A stretch of DNA of 64,000 bases. It comes from Sphingomonadaceae bacterium (GTDB taxonomy: Bacteria; Pseudomonadota; Alphaproteobacteria; Sphingomonadales; Sphingomonadaceae). The stretch is taken from the NCBI GenBank assembly GCA_009920915.1, contig RFZB01000001.1, positions 2,025 to 66,024 on the forward strand, in the 5' to 3' direction. The notes below the pieces were generated by a model, which was not told the DNA's origin, did not search any database, and saw nothing but the letters and a program-made list of their open reading frames with translations. Shown one piece after another: positions 8,466 through 17,093 of the stretch (the first letter of the stretch is position 1; every line of letters begins with the position of its first letter). The translations under genes were made by a program, and so were the position numbers.

Positions 8466-9717
8466 GAACAAACCCAGCGACTATCGCCCTGAAACACTTG
8501 CCGTAGCCTTTGGCTATGACCCGCAGGACGGCATGGGGGCCGCTAAGCCGCCCATCTTCATGACATCCACTTTCGTCTATCCTTCGGCGCAACATGCCAA
8601 GGATGTGCATGAAGCCTATTTTGACGGCACAGGCCCCCTGGTTGGGGAAACCAACCATATTTATTCGCGCCTTGGCCATCCTGGGCTCGATTTTCTTGAA
8701 ACGCGGCTGGCGGCAATTGATGGGGCAGAGGCCGCTGTTGCCTATTGCAGTGGCATGGCCGCGCATTCCAGCATCGCGCTGTCTTATGTTCGCAGTGGCG
8801 ACAGCGTTTTGCATGGCCGGCCAATTTATGGCGGCGTTGATGTATTGTATAACACCATCATGGCGCAATTTGGCGCGCACGCCCAATCCTATCTGGATGG
8901 CACGGATGAGGCCGGTGTTCGTGCTGCTGCCCAAGCGGCAATGGCCAAAGGGCCATTAAAGCTGATTATTGCTGAAACCCCTGCCAACCCAACGGCCGCG
9001 ATTGTTGATCTCGACTTGATGGTGAGAATTGCGGACGAAGTGGGCGAAAAACAGGGGCATCGTCCGCTGGTTGTTGTAGATAACACGCTGCTTGGGCCAT
9101 TTGCGCAGCGGCCCATTGAACATGGCGTTGATCTGTGTCTGACGTCGCTGACCAAACATTGTGGCGGGCATAGTGATCTTTTGGCGGGCGGGATTTCTGG
9201 CCGAAAAGAGTTGATTGAGCCATTGCGCCTCTTGCGCACGACATGGGGCAATCATCTTGATCCCTATACGTCTTGGCTGGTGCTGCGTTCGCTGGAATCA
9301 GTGGCTGTCCGCACCGAGCGGGCGATGAGCAACGCGCGTGCTGTGGCCACCTATTTACGGGATCATCCCAAAGTTGCGGGCGTGACCTTCCTTGGCTTTC
9401 TGCCCGAAGGGTCGCGGCAGCGCGCGGTTTATGATCGGCAGTGCAAGGCCGCTGGCTCCACCTTTTCCTTCCATCTTCATGGCGGCGAGGCAGAAGCCTT
9501 TCGCATGCTAGACAAATTGCAACTGATGAAAGTTGCTGTCAGCCTTGGTGGGTCTGAAACGCTGATTTGCCATTCGGCAAGCACAACGCATTACGCCGTG
9601 CCGCGTGAGCAGCGGCTGGCAGGAGGAATTACTGATGGCACGATGCGGCTATCAGTGGGGCTGGAACATGTCGACGATCTGATCGCGGATCTCGCACAGG
9701 CATTGGAAGCGGTGTAA
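8458..9717 (+). CDS. PLP-dependent gamma-lyase (methionine gamma-lyase / cystathionine gamma-synthase family)
   Basis: Motifs KPPIFMTSTF, YSRLGHP, SGMAA, ETPANPT, VVDNT, PLP lysine SLTKHCGGHSD, AVSLGG and MRLSVGLE. The start is taken as ATG 8458, overlapping the Rieske stop. Confidence 0.9.
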   Translation: MAKNKPSDYRPETLAVAFGYDPQDGMGAAKPPIFMTSTFVYPSAQHAKDVHEAYFDGTGPLVGETNHIYSRLGHPGLDFLETRLAAIDGAEAAVAYCSGMAAHSSIALSYVRSGDSVLHGRPIYGGVDVLYNTIMAQFGAHAQSYLDGTDEAGVRAAAQAAMAKGPLKLIIAETPANPTAAIVDLDLMVRIADEVGEKQGHRPLVVVDNTLLGPFAQRPIEHGVDLCLTSLTKHCGGHSDLLAGGISGRKELIEPLRLLRTTWGNHLDPYTSWLVLRSLESVAVRTERAMSNARAVATYLRDHPKVAGVTFLGFLPEGSRQRAVYDRQCKAAGSTFSFHLHGGEAEAFRMLDKLQLMKVAVSLGGSETLICHSASTTHYAVPREQRLAGGITDGTMRLSVGLEHVDDLIADLAQALEAV

Positions 9718-11180
9718 TGGAACTGAATTTCAACGGAACCGATTTGTGCGCGGTCAACGGCACGCGCAGTGCGCCTGAGGCCCGGTATGACCTTGTTGTC
9801 GTGGGGGCAGGACCCAGCGGGATTGCGGCTGCCATTGATGGGGCTGCGGCTGGCCAATCTGTGCTGCTGGTTGATGAAAACCCAGTATCGGGCTGGTTGA
9901 TGGGCAATGATACGCCGCTCTATTTCGGCGGGCGCATGACCTCTGCAACCCAGAATAGTGACCGCATGTTGGAAGCCATTTTCATGAGCATGCCGGACCT
10001 GGAATCTGCCATGGAGGCTGGCGTTGAGCTGCTGCTCGGCACGACTGCTTGGGGCGTCTATCGCAATGGGCCGGGCGTAAACAGCCTGCCGGACCAAGTT
10101 GTTGGCTTGGCAGACCGTGATCGGTCTTGGATGGTCGGCTTTAAAAAGATTGTGATTGCAACGGGCGCGCGCGATTTAGCTATTGCGTTTCCGGGCTGGA
10201 ACCAGCCGGGTGTCATGGGCGCGGCGGCGCTGACCATGTTGTTGACGCGCTATGATGCCTTTGCTGGACGGCGCTTGCTGATTTTGGGCAGTCATGATTT
10301 GGCGCTGGAAACCGCGCTTCTCGCCTTGGACAAGGGGCTGGAAGTCGCTGGCTTGGTGGAAGTGCGCGATGCACCCCAAGGCTCTGCCGCGCTGGTTGAA
10401 AAGCTGGCAGCAGCAGGCGTTGCCATTCATTGCGGGCAGAGCATCAAGGCGACCAAAGGCGGGCTGGATGGCGTTGAAGGTGCAACGCTGACCGACGGGA
10501 CGGACTTTGTCTGCGACACGATCTGCGTTGCAATTGGCTTGGTGCCGTCAATCGAACTGGTCGATGCCATGCATGGGGCACGTACGCTTAATGCCCAGCG
10601 CGGCGGCTATATCCCTGCGGGCGAGCCGAATGTCATCACTGTGGGGGATTGCGCTGGGTTGGCGGACACGGGCTTTGACCATGTGGCCTATCGGATGGAC
10701 TGGGTGCGCGCGGCGCTGAAGACCAATGCGCCAGACACCATCATCTGCCAATGCGAAGAGGTGACGCTTGCTGATTTGATTGGCGTGCAGCCGCCGCAGT
10801 ACCTGGATCGTCCTCCAGCCATTCAGGCACGGTCGCTTGATACGTTGCTGCAGGATGGCCCGGCCAACCCGGATCAAATCAAGCGGTTGACGCGCTCTGG
10901 CATGGGGGTGTGTCAGGGTCGGCGGTGCCGCGATCAGGTGGCCATGTTGCTCGCAATCGAGTCCGACAAGCCGTTCGGCACGATCCCGCTGGCGACGCAC
11001 CGCGCGCCGGTCCGTCCGCTGCCGCTCAAAATTCTGGCGGAATGGGATGAGCCTGCCGCCATGGATGCCGCCTGGGATGTTTGGTTTGGCATTCCAACAC
11101 AATGGGTGCCCGTGGAAGATATCGGCACACCACAAGAAGATGCGCATCGCGAGATGCTCTACACGGGGATGTACAAATGA
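9717..11180 (+). CDS. FAD/NAD(P)-dependent oxidoreductase with C-terminal BFD-like [2Fe-2S] domain (HcnB / OoxA / imino-acid dehydrogenase alpha-like)
   Basis: VVGAGPSGIAA, IATGARD...FPGWNQPGVMGA, ICQCEEVT and KRLTRSGMGVCQGRRC. TAATG coupling to the upstream gene. Confidence 0.85.
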   Translation: MELNFNGTDLCAVNGTRSAPEARYDLVVVGAGPSGIAAAIDGAAAGQSVLLVDENPVSGWLMGNDTPLYFGGRMTSATQNSDRMLEAIFMSMPDLESAMEAGVELLLGTTAWGVYRNGPGVNSLPDQVVGLADRDRSWMVGFKKIVIATGARDLAIAFPGWNQPGVMGAAALTMLLTRYDAFAGRRLLILGSHDLALETALLALDKGLEVAGLVEVRDAPQGSAALVEKLAAAGVAIHCGQSIKATKGGLDGVEGATLTDGTDFVCDTICVAIGLVPSIELVDAMHGARTLNAQRGGYIPAGEPNVITVGDCAGLADTGFDHVAYRMDWVRAALKTNAPDTIICQCEEVTLADLIGVQPPQYLDRPPAIQARSLDTLLQDGPANPDQIKRLTRSGMGVCQGRRCRDQVAMLLAIESDKPFGTIPLATHRAPVRPLPLKILAEWDEPAAMDAAWDVWFGIPTQWVPVEDIGTPQEDAHREMLYTGMYK

Positions 11181-12313
11181 GCGGCTCTGAAGTCGTCATC
11201 GTTGGCGGTGGCGTTACCGGCCTGAGTGCGGGGTGGTGGCTGGCACGGTCTGGCGTCAAGGTTACCGTGCTTGATAAATTCATTGTCGGCTGGGAGGCGT
11301 CAGGCCGCAATGGCGGCGGTGCATCGCACTATTCAAGCCCCTTGTTTGATGAAGAACAGCGTATGTGGCCGCAAATGGATGAGCTGCTGGGCTATCCAAC
11401 TGAGCATCAAAAGGGCCGCATCCTGATTGCGATGACGGAGCGCCAATGGGAGCAGTATCGCTTCATTGCAGAGCGCCATACCCGGCTGAACCATCCCGTT
11501 GAGCTGCTGGATGTGAAGCAGGTGCAGGAAGCTGTGCCCTTGGCGGGCGATAACTGCTTTGGCGGTGTCCATTATAAATTTGGCGGCCATGCCAATCCGC
11601 AGCGCACCGTGCAGGCCTATGCCTGGGCGTTGCAGGATTTGGGCGGCAAGATCATTCAGCATAGCCCCGTGACAGGTTTTGAAACGGCTGGCGGGAAAGT
11701 CACTGCGGTCAAGACGGCAAATGCCACCTATGGCTGCGATGCGGTTGTTGTCGCGGCGGGCCCGCAAATTCCGCAACTTATGGCGCAATTGGGCGTGGAT
11801 GTGCCTTTGGCGGCGGCGCGCGCGGAAATGATTATTACAGAGCCTGCGCCGATGATGCCGCTGGGCGGAGTTGACGGGCATAAAATTTATGGTCGTCAAA
11901 CCTTGCGTGGCAATTTGGCCTATGGCGGCGGTCCGCATGAATGGCTTGATGTCGATGCGACTGGCCCTGCCGCGCGTCCGTCCACGCCTTTGGCACGCAA
12001 TCTGGCCAAACGTTTGGCAGAATTGCTGCCCAAGGCGGCGCATCTCAATGTGATCCGCAGCTGGGCAGGCGTCATCGAAAACTCACCCGATGGCCGCCCG
12101 ATTATTGATCGGCTGACCAGCCCGGACAATGTTGTTGTCGCATCGATGTCGAGCGTAGGCTTTGGCCTATCGCCCGCTTCGGGCCATGCAATCCGTGATT
12201 TAGTGATTGATGGCAAATGCTCCTTTGCGGACATTGATATTCTAAAGCTGTCGCGCTTTGACGGGTTGGAAAAGGATTGGCGCGAAAAGCGCGGGTGGAT
12301 GCCCATCGCATGA
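11177..12313 (+). CDS. DAO-family FAD-dependent oxidoreductase (HcnC / OoxB-like amino/imino-acid dehydrogenase subunit)
   Basis: IVGGGVTGLS, ASGRNGGG, RSWAGVIENSPDGRPII and GFGLSPASG. ATGA overlap at 11177-11180. Confidence 0.87.
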   Translation: MSGSEVVIVGGGVTGLSAGWWLARSGVKVTVLDKFIVGWEASGRNGGGASHYSSPLFDEEQRMWPQMDELLGYPTEHQKGRILIAMTERQWEQYRFIAERHTRLNHPVELLDVKQVQEAVPLAGDNCFGGVHYKFGGHANPQRTVQAYAWALQDLGGKIIQHSPVTGFETAGGKVTAVKTANATYGCDAVVVAAGPQIPQLMAQLGVDVPLAAARAEMIITEPAPMMPLGGVDGHKIYGRQTLRGNLAYGGGPHEWLDVDATGPAARPSTPLARNLAKRLAELLPKAAHLNVIRSWAGVIENSPDGRPIIDRLTSPDNVVVASMSSVGFGLSPASGHAIRDLVIDGKCSFADIDILKLSRFDGLEKDWREKRGWMPIA

Positions 12314-13566
12314 GCCGATATTCCGCGTTCAGCCTGTTGCGCGGGGCCTTTAACGGTCAATCGCACTGGAAGCCTGCCTGGCGTCATCCCGACCCCAAGC
12401 CGCATTATGACATCATCATCATCGGTGGTGGCGGGCACGGGCTGGCAACGGCCTATTATCTGGCCAAGGTGCACGGGTTGCGCAATATCGCCGTGCTTGA
12501 AAAAGGCTGGATTGGCGGCGGCAATACCGGGCGGAATACAACGATTGTGCGGTCCAATTACCGTCAGGATGCGCTGCACAACTTCTTCGAATTCGGGTTG
12601 AAGCTGTGGCACGGCCTCAGCGATGATCTGAATTACAATGTGATGTTTAGCCCGCGCGGCGCGCTGACGCTGGGCCATAGCGATGCTGATATGGTGACGC
12701 TTGCGCAGCGTGGCGATGCGATGCGCTGTGACGGAATTGATGCCGAGTTGCTGACGCGCGATCAGGTGGCAAAGCTAGAGCCTTTGCTCGATATGTCACG
12801 CACGGCCCGCTTCCCGATTGAAGGCGGATTGATCCAGCGGCGGGGTGGTTCCGCGCGGCATGATGCTGTCGCCTGGGGCTATGCGCGTGGGGCGGACAGC
12901 TTGGGCGTGGACATCATCCAAAAATGCGAAGTGACGGGCTTTGTGCGGGATGGCGATGCCATTGTTGGCGTGGAAACAACGCGCGGGCGCATTGGGGCAG
13001 GGCGCGTGGGCATTTGCGTGGCCGGGCATAGTGGCCATGTGGCCGGTTTGGCGGGACTGCGCTTGCCCATTGAATCGCAGACCTTGCAGGCCATGGTGAC
13101 GGAAGGCGTCAAGCCGATGATCAACACTGTGATCATGACGCAGGCGCTCCATTGCTATATCAGCCAATCAGATAAGGGCGGCATCGTCTTTGGTGGCGAT
13201 CCTGATAATTGGCCCAGCTACGCGCAGCGCGGCAATCCGATGATTATGGAAAATGCGGTGGCCCAAGGCTTGGCCCTTGTGCCTGCTCTGTCGCGCCTTC
13301 GTATGCTGCGCACATGGAGCGGGGTGACGGATATGAGCTTTGATGGCTCTCCCATCATTGGTGAAACGCCGCTGCCGAACCTCTATCTCAACGGCGGCTG
13401 GTGCTATGGCGGCTTTAAGGCGACGCCTGCTTCGGGCTGGACCTATGCCCACACGCTGGCGACCGGCAAGCCGCACCCGCTGAACGCGCCCTTTTCGCTC
13501 GATCGGTTTGAACGTGGGGCGACAATTGATGAAACAGGGAGCGGCCCGATGCCGAGTAGCCGCTAA
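12310..13566 (+). CDS. soxB: heterotetrameric sarcosine oxidase family beta subunit (copy 1)
   Basis: [35 protein letters not shown] (the covalent-FMN His context) and GGFKATP. ATGA start at 12310. Confidence 0.9.
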   Translation: MSRYSAFSLLRGAFNGQSHWKPAWRHPDPKPHYDIIIIGGGGHGLATAYYLAKVHGLRNIAVLEKGWIGGGNTGRNTTIVRSNYRQDALHNFFEFGLKLWHGLSDDLNYNVMFSPRGALTLGHSDADMVTLAQRGDAMRCDGIDAELLTRDQVAKLEPLLDMSRTARFPIEGGLIQRRGGSARHDAVAWGYARGADSLGVDIIQKCEVTGFVRDGDAIVGVETTRGRIGAGRVGICVAGHSGHVAGLAGLRLPIESQTLQAMVTEGVKPMINTVIMTQALHCYISQSDKGGIVFGGDPDNWPSYAQRGNPMIMENAVAQGLALVPALSRLRMLRTWSGVTDMSFDGSPIIGETPLPNLYLNGGWCYGGFKATPASGWTYAHTLATGKPHPLNAPFSLDRFERGATIDETGSGPMPSSR

Positions 13567-13829
13567 TGATGCAGATTGCTTGCCCGCATTGCGGGTCCCG
13601 CGCACAGCAAGAATTTATGTATGAACGCACGGTCGATTCCGTGGTTCCTCTTGATGCGCCAACCGATAAGGCCATGGCGGCGCTGTTCACCCGCACCAAT
13701 CCGCGCGGGCCGGACGATGAAATTTGGCGGCATACCTATGGCTGCCGGGCGTGGATGGTGGTGACTCGCCATCGCGTGACGCACGAGATTACCGCCGTTC
13801 GAGCTGTTGGGCCGGAGGTGCTGCCATGA
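13566..13829 (+). CDS. soxD: sarcosine oxidase family delta subunit (copy 1)
   Basis: Zn ligands CPHC...WRHTYGC, 87 aa, located between soxB and soxA. Confidence 0.9.
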   Translation: MMQIACPHCGSRAQQEFMYERTVDSVVPLDAPTDKAMAALFTRTNPRGPDDEIWRHTYGCRAWMVVTRHRVTHEITAVRAVGPEVLP

Positions 13830-16609
13830 CAGCCCCACGCAGAGCCGCCAAGGCAGCAACACTCAACTTCACTTTTGATGGCAAAGCCTATCGCGCTGTG
13901 CCGGGCGAGACGCTGGCTGCGGCTTTGCTCGCCAATGGCGTGAAACTGGTTGGCCGCAGTTTTAAATATCACCGCCCGCGCGGCATTATGACTGCAGGCG
14001 TGGAAGAGCCCAATGCGCTCGTCACCGTTGGGGAAGGCGGGCGGCGTGAGCCCAATACACGGGCCACGGATGTCTTTGTGTATGACGGGCTAGTCGCGCG
14101 CAGCCAGAACCGCTGGCCAAGCTTGCGCTTTGATTTTGGATCGGTCTTTGGCCTTTTCTCAAAGGCGCTGCCTGCTGGCTTTTACTATAAAACCTTTTTC
14201 GGGTCGGCCAAGCGCTGGATGATTTATGAATATTTCATTCGCAAAGCAGCTGGGCTTGGCAATGCACCGACTGAGGCTGATCCTGATCGCTTCAGCCATC
14301 GGGCGGCCTTTTGTGATGTCCTGATTGTCGGTGGCGGGCCAGCGGGCTTGCAAGCGGCTGTAGAGGAAGCAGAGGCGGGCAAGCGGGTTATTTTGGTGGA
14401 ACAGGACGCGATTTTGGGCGCCTCCCTGATCCGTGATCCGCAAACTCTTGACGCTGGCTGGGTTGAGGCGACGGCCGCCCGTATCCGCAAAGCAGGGGGG
14501 CGAATTTTAACGCGGACCTCGGCATCAGGATATTGGGAGCATGATCTTGTTACCTTAACACAGCTATGTGTTGAGCCGGGGCAGACGGCAGAAAACAGGC
14601 TTGCACAGCGGCTGTGGCGCGTGCGCGCGGGGCGTGTGATCCTCGCGACAGGCAGCATTGAGCGGCCAATTGCCTTTGCCAATAATGATCGGCCCGGCAT
14701 TATGCTGTCACAAGCTGTGCGCACTTATATTCGGCGTTTTGGGGTCGTGCCGGGGCAACGCGCGATTATCGCGACAAATAATGATGACGCCTATGACACC
14801 GCGGATGCGTTAATTGCTGCCGGGGCCAATGTTGTGGCCGTGCTGGATGCCCGCGAGACGGCCTCTGGCAGAGCGGCACATGCGCAGGCCGCCGGCATGA
14901 CTGTGCATCTTGGCGCAGTTCCAAAAGCGGCCAAGGGCGGACGTCAGGGCGTTACAGGGCTGGTGGCCAGTGTCGCGGGGGCAACGCAAAGCTGGGCTGT
15001 TGATCTTATCGCGGTGTCCGGCGGCTTCACCCCGGTTGTGCATTTGCACCAGCAAGCGGGCGGAACGCTCAACTGGGTGGAAGAGGCGCAAGCCTTTGTT
15101 CCGGGCAGCTCTCGCCAGAACGTGACAACAATTGGGGGCGCCGCCAAGCCAGAAGCAGTGGGCGTGATGCGCCCCATTTCACAGCCTAAAAAGAGCTTCA
15201 TTGATTTTCAGAATGATGTGACGCTGGCAGATGTCGATCTGGCATGGGCCGAAGGCTATCGATCCGTAGAGCATCTAAAGCGCTATACAACGCTGGGGAT
15301 GGCCACGGATCAGGGCAAGCTGGGCAATATGGCCGCGCTTGGCAGGTTGGCGGAACAACAGGGTGTTTCGATCCCCGAAGCCGGGCTGACGACCTTTCGG
15401 CCACCGTACACGCCAGTCAGCATGGGGCTCATTGCAGGGCCGGGGGCACCGCATGGCGGCGCGCATATTCGTCGATTGGCGCTCTATGATCTTCATGCGG
15501 CCAAAGCGCCCATTTGGCAGCCGCTTGGCTATTGGTTCCGCCCGCGTGCCTATCCACAGGCGGGAGAGACACTTGCCACGGCAGCACTTCGTGAGGCGCG
15601 GGCTGTGCGCACCAGCGTTGGTATGACCGATGTGTCAACGCTGGCAAAGTTCGAAATCACTGGTCCTGATGCTGCTGCTTTTCTTGAGATTATTTGTGCG
15701 ACAAGCGTTGCAAAACTCGCCATTGGGCGCGGGCGCTATACGTTTATGCTGCGAGAAGATGGGCTGGCCTTTGATGACGGCACTGTCTGGCGTTTGGACG
15801 AAAACCGCTATCTTTTAACCAGCTCAACTGGCGGCGCCGATCGGATGGCAACGCATATCTCTTATGTGCGGCAATATCTGTGCCCGCATTTGCGTGTTTC
15901 GGCTGTGAATGTGCAGGAACATTATGCCGGGATTGCAATTGCCGGGCCGCGGGCGAAACAGGTTGTCGAAGGGCTTATCGGCCAAGATGTGCCACGCCAT
16001 ATGTCGGCCATCGCAGCGTCCATCCATGGCCTGCCCGTTCACGTTCTTGCGGCAAGCTATAGCGGGGAACGTGCTTTTGAAGTCTATTGTTCGGCCAGCG
16101 AGGCGCCCTCGATTTGGGCTGCTTGCGAGGCGGCTGTTCTGGCACAGGGCGGTTGCCTTTATGGCTTGGAAGCGATGGAGTTTTTGCGGATTGAGAAAGG
16201 CCATCTTGTTGTCGGTGGCGAAATTGACGGTCGTTTATCCCCCTATGATCTGGGCCTTGAAAAGATGCTGAACAAAGCCGGCGGATTCATTGGGGCGGCA
16301 GGCCTGGGCCGTCCTGCACTGCGGGGCAAGGGACGGCGGCAGTTGGTTGGTCTGGAAGCGATTGAGGGGAACATTCCTGAAGGGGCAATGCTTTTGTCCG
16401 CGCCAAACGCCGCGCCGCAAGGCCATGTCAGTGCCGCTGCGTTTCGTGTTTTGGAGGGCGGCTCGATTGCACTGGGCCAATTGATCAATGGCTTTGATCG
16501 CCACGGGGAAGAGATGATCGCAGCATCGCCAACACGGGGGCAATCTGCCCGCGTCCGCGTAACTCATCCGCATTTCTATGATTTGGCGGGAGAGCGCTAT
16601 CGTGACTGA
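13826..16609 (+). CDS. soxA: sarcosine oxidase family alpha subunit (copy 1, intact)
   Basis: FTFDGK...GRSFKYHRPRG, GGGPAGL, DFQNDVT, EHLKRYTTLGMATDQGK, TFRPPYTP and a C-terminal GcvT/THF domain. ATGA start at 13826. Confidence 0.9.
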   Translation: MTAPRRAAKAATLNFTFDGKAYRAVPGETLAAALLANGVKLVGRSFKYHRPRGIMTAGVEEPNALVTVGEGGRREPNTRATDVFVYDGLVARSQNRWPSLRFDFGSVFGLFSKALPAGFYYKTFFGSAKRWMIYEYFIRKAAGLGNAPTEADPDRFSHRAAFCDVLIVGGGPAGLQAAVEEAEAGKRVILVEQDAILGASLIRDPQTLDAGWVEATAARIRKAGGRILTRTSASGYWEHDLVTLTQLCVEPGQTAENRLAQRLWRVRAGRVILATGSIERPIAFANNDRPGIMLSQAVRTYIRRFGVVPGQRAIIATNNDDAYDTADALIAAGANVVAVLDARETASGRAAHAQAAGMTVHLGAVPKAAKGGRQGVTGLVASVAGATQSWAVDLIAVSGGFTPVVHLHQQAGGTLNWVEEAQAFVPGSSRQNVTTIGGAAKPEAVGVMRPISQPKKSFIDFQNDVTLADVDLAWAEGYRSVEHLKRYTTLGMATDQGKLGNMAALGRLAEQQGVSIPEAGLTTFRPPYTPVSMGLIAGPGAPHGGAHIRRLALYDLHAAKAPIWQPLGYWFRPRAYPQAGETLATAALREARAVRTSVGMTDVSTLAKFEITGPDAAAFLEIICATSVAKLAIGRGRYTFMLREDGLAFDDGTVWRLDENRYLLTSSTGGADRMATHISYVRQYLCPHLRVSAVNVQEHYAGIAIAGPRAKQVVEGLIGQDVPRHMSAIAASIHGLPVHVLAASYSGERAFEVYCSASEAPSIWAACEAAVLAQGGCLYGLEAMEFLRIEKGHLVVGGEIDGRLSPYDLGLEKMLNKAGGFIGAAGLGRPALRGKGRRQLVGLEAIEGNIPEGAMLLSAPNAAPQGHVSAAAFRVLEGGSIALGQLINGFDRHGEEMIAASPTRGQSARVRVTHPHFYDLAGERYRD

Positions 16610-17093
16610 GGTTGCTATCTCGCGCCTGCCAGAGGCCCCGCTGCATGTGGTGGAAATCTGGAGCAACCCGCAGGATGTGGCACAGCGGTTTGCCGCGGCC
16701 ATGGGCTTTGCGTTGCCCGCTATGGGCCTATCAGCCAGCAATGATCGCCTGGGTCTGATGCGGTTTGAGCCAAGTGTTTGGCTGGCTGAGGGGGATGTTT
16801 CGGGCCTTGCCGACATCTTGGCTGAAAATGGGGCGCTCACCGAAATTGGCGGGGGCGTGGTGCGCATTCGCCTGTCTGGCGCTGGTTGGCGTGCGCTTCT
16901 TATGGAGGCGGGCGTCTTTGATGCAGAAGACCCCAATTTTGGGCCGGGCTGCACCGCGGCAACCCTGATTGACCACGTCAATGTGCGGTTGCATGTCGTG
17001 GCAGAGGATGTGTGCATTGCCTATGTGCCTGCCAGCTATAGCCGCGCGTTGCTCCATTTTTGGGACGAAGCTGGCAAAACGCTGACGGCCTAA
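16602..17093 (+). CDS. soxG: sarcosine oxidase family gamma subunit (copy 1, divergent)
   Basis: Position after soxA, size about 163 aa, with features such as MRFEPSVWL and FGPGCTAATLIDHVNV. GTG start at 16602 after GGGAGA. Confidence 0.75.
   Translation: MTEVAISRLPEAPLHVVEIWSNPQDVAQRFAAAMGFALPAMGLSASNDRLGLMRFEPSVWLAEGDVSGLADILAENGALTEIGGGVVRIRLSGAGWRALLMEAGVFDAEDPNFGPGCTAATLIDHVNVRLHVVAEDVCIAYVPASYSRALLHFWDEAGKTLTA

Noticed and set aside
9717-12313. Hydrogen cyanide synthase (hcnBC) assignment
   Set aside because: There is no hcnA-like subunit, and the context is catabolic demethylation. The fold is shared with opine and imino-acid dehydrogenases, so cyanogenesis is unsupported.
12310-17093. 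N-methylglutamate dehydrogenase (mgdABCD) assignment
   Set aside because: It is homologous, but no gmaS or mgsABC is in the window, so the assignment cannot be supported without a phylogeny.
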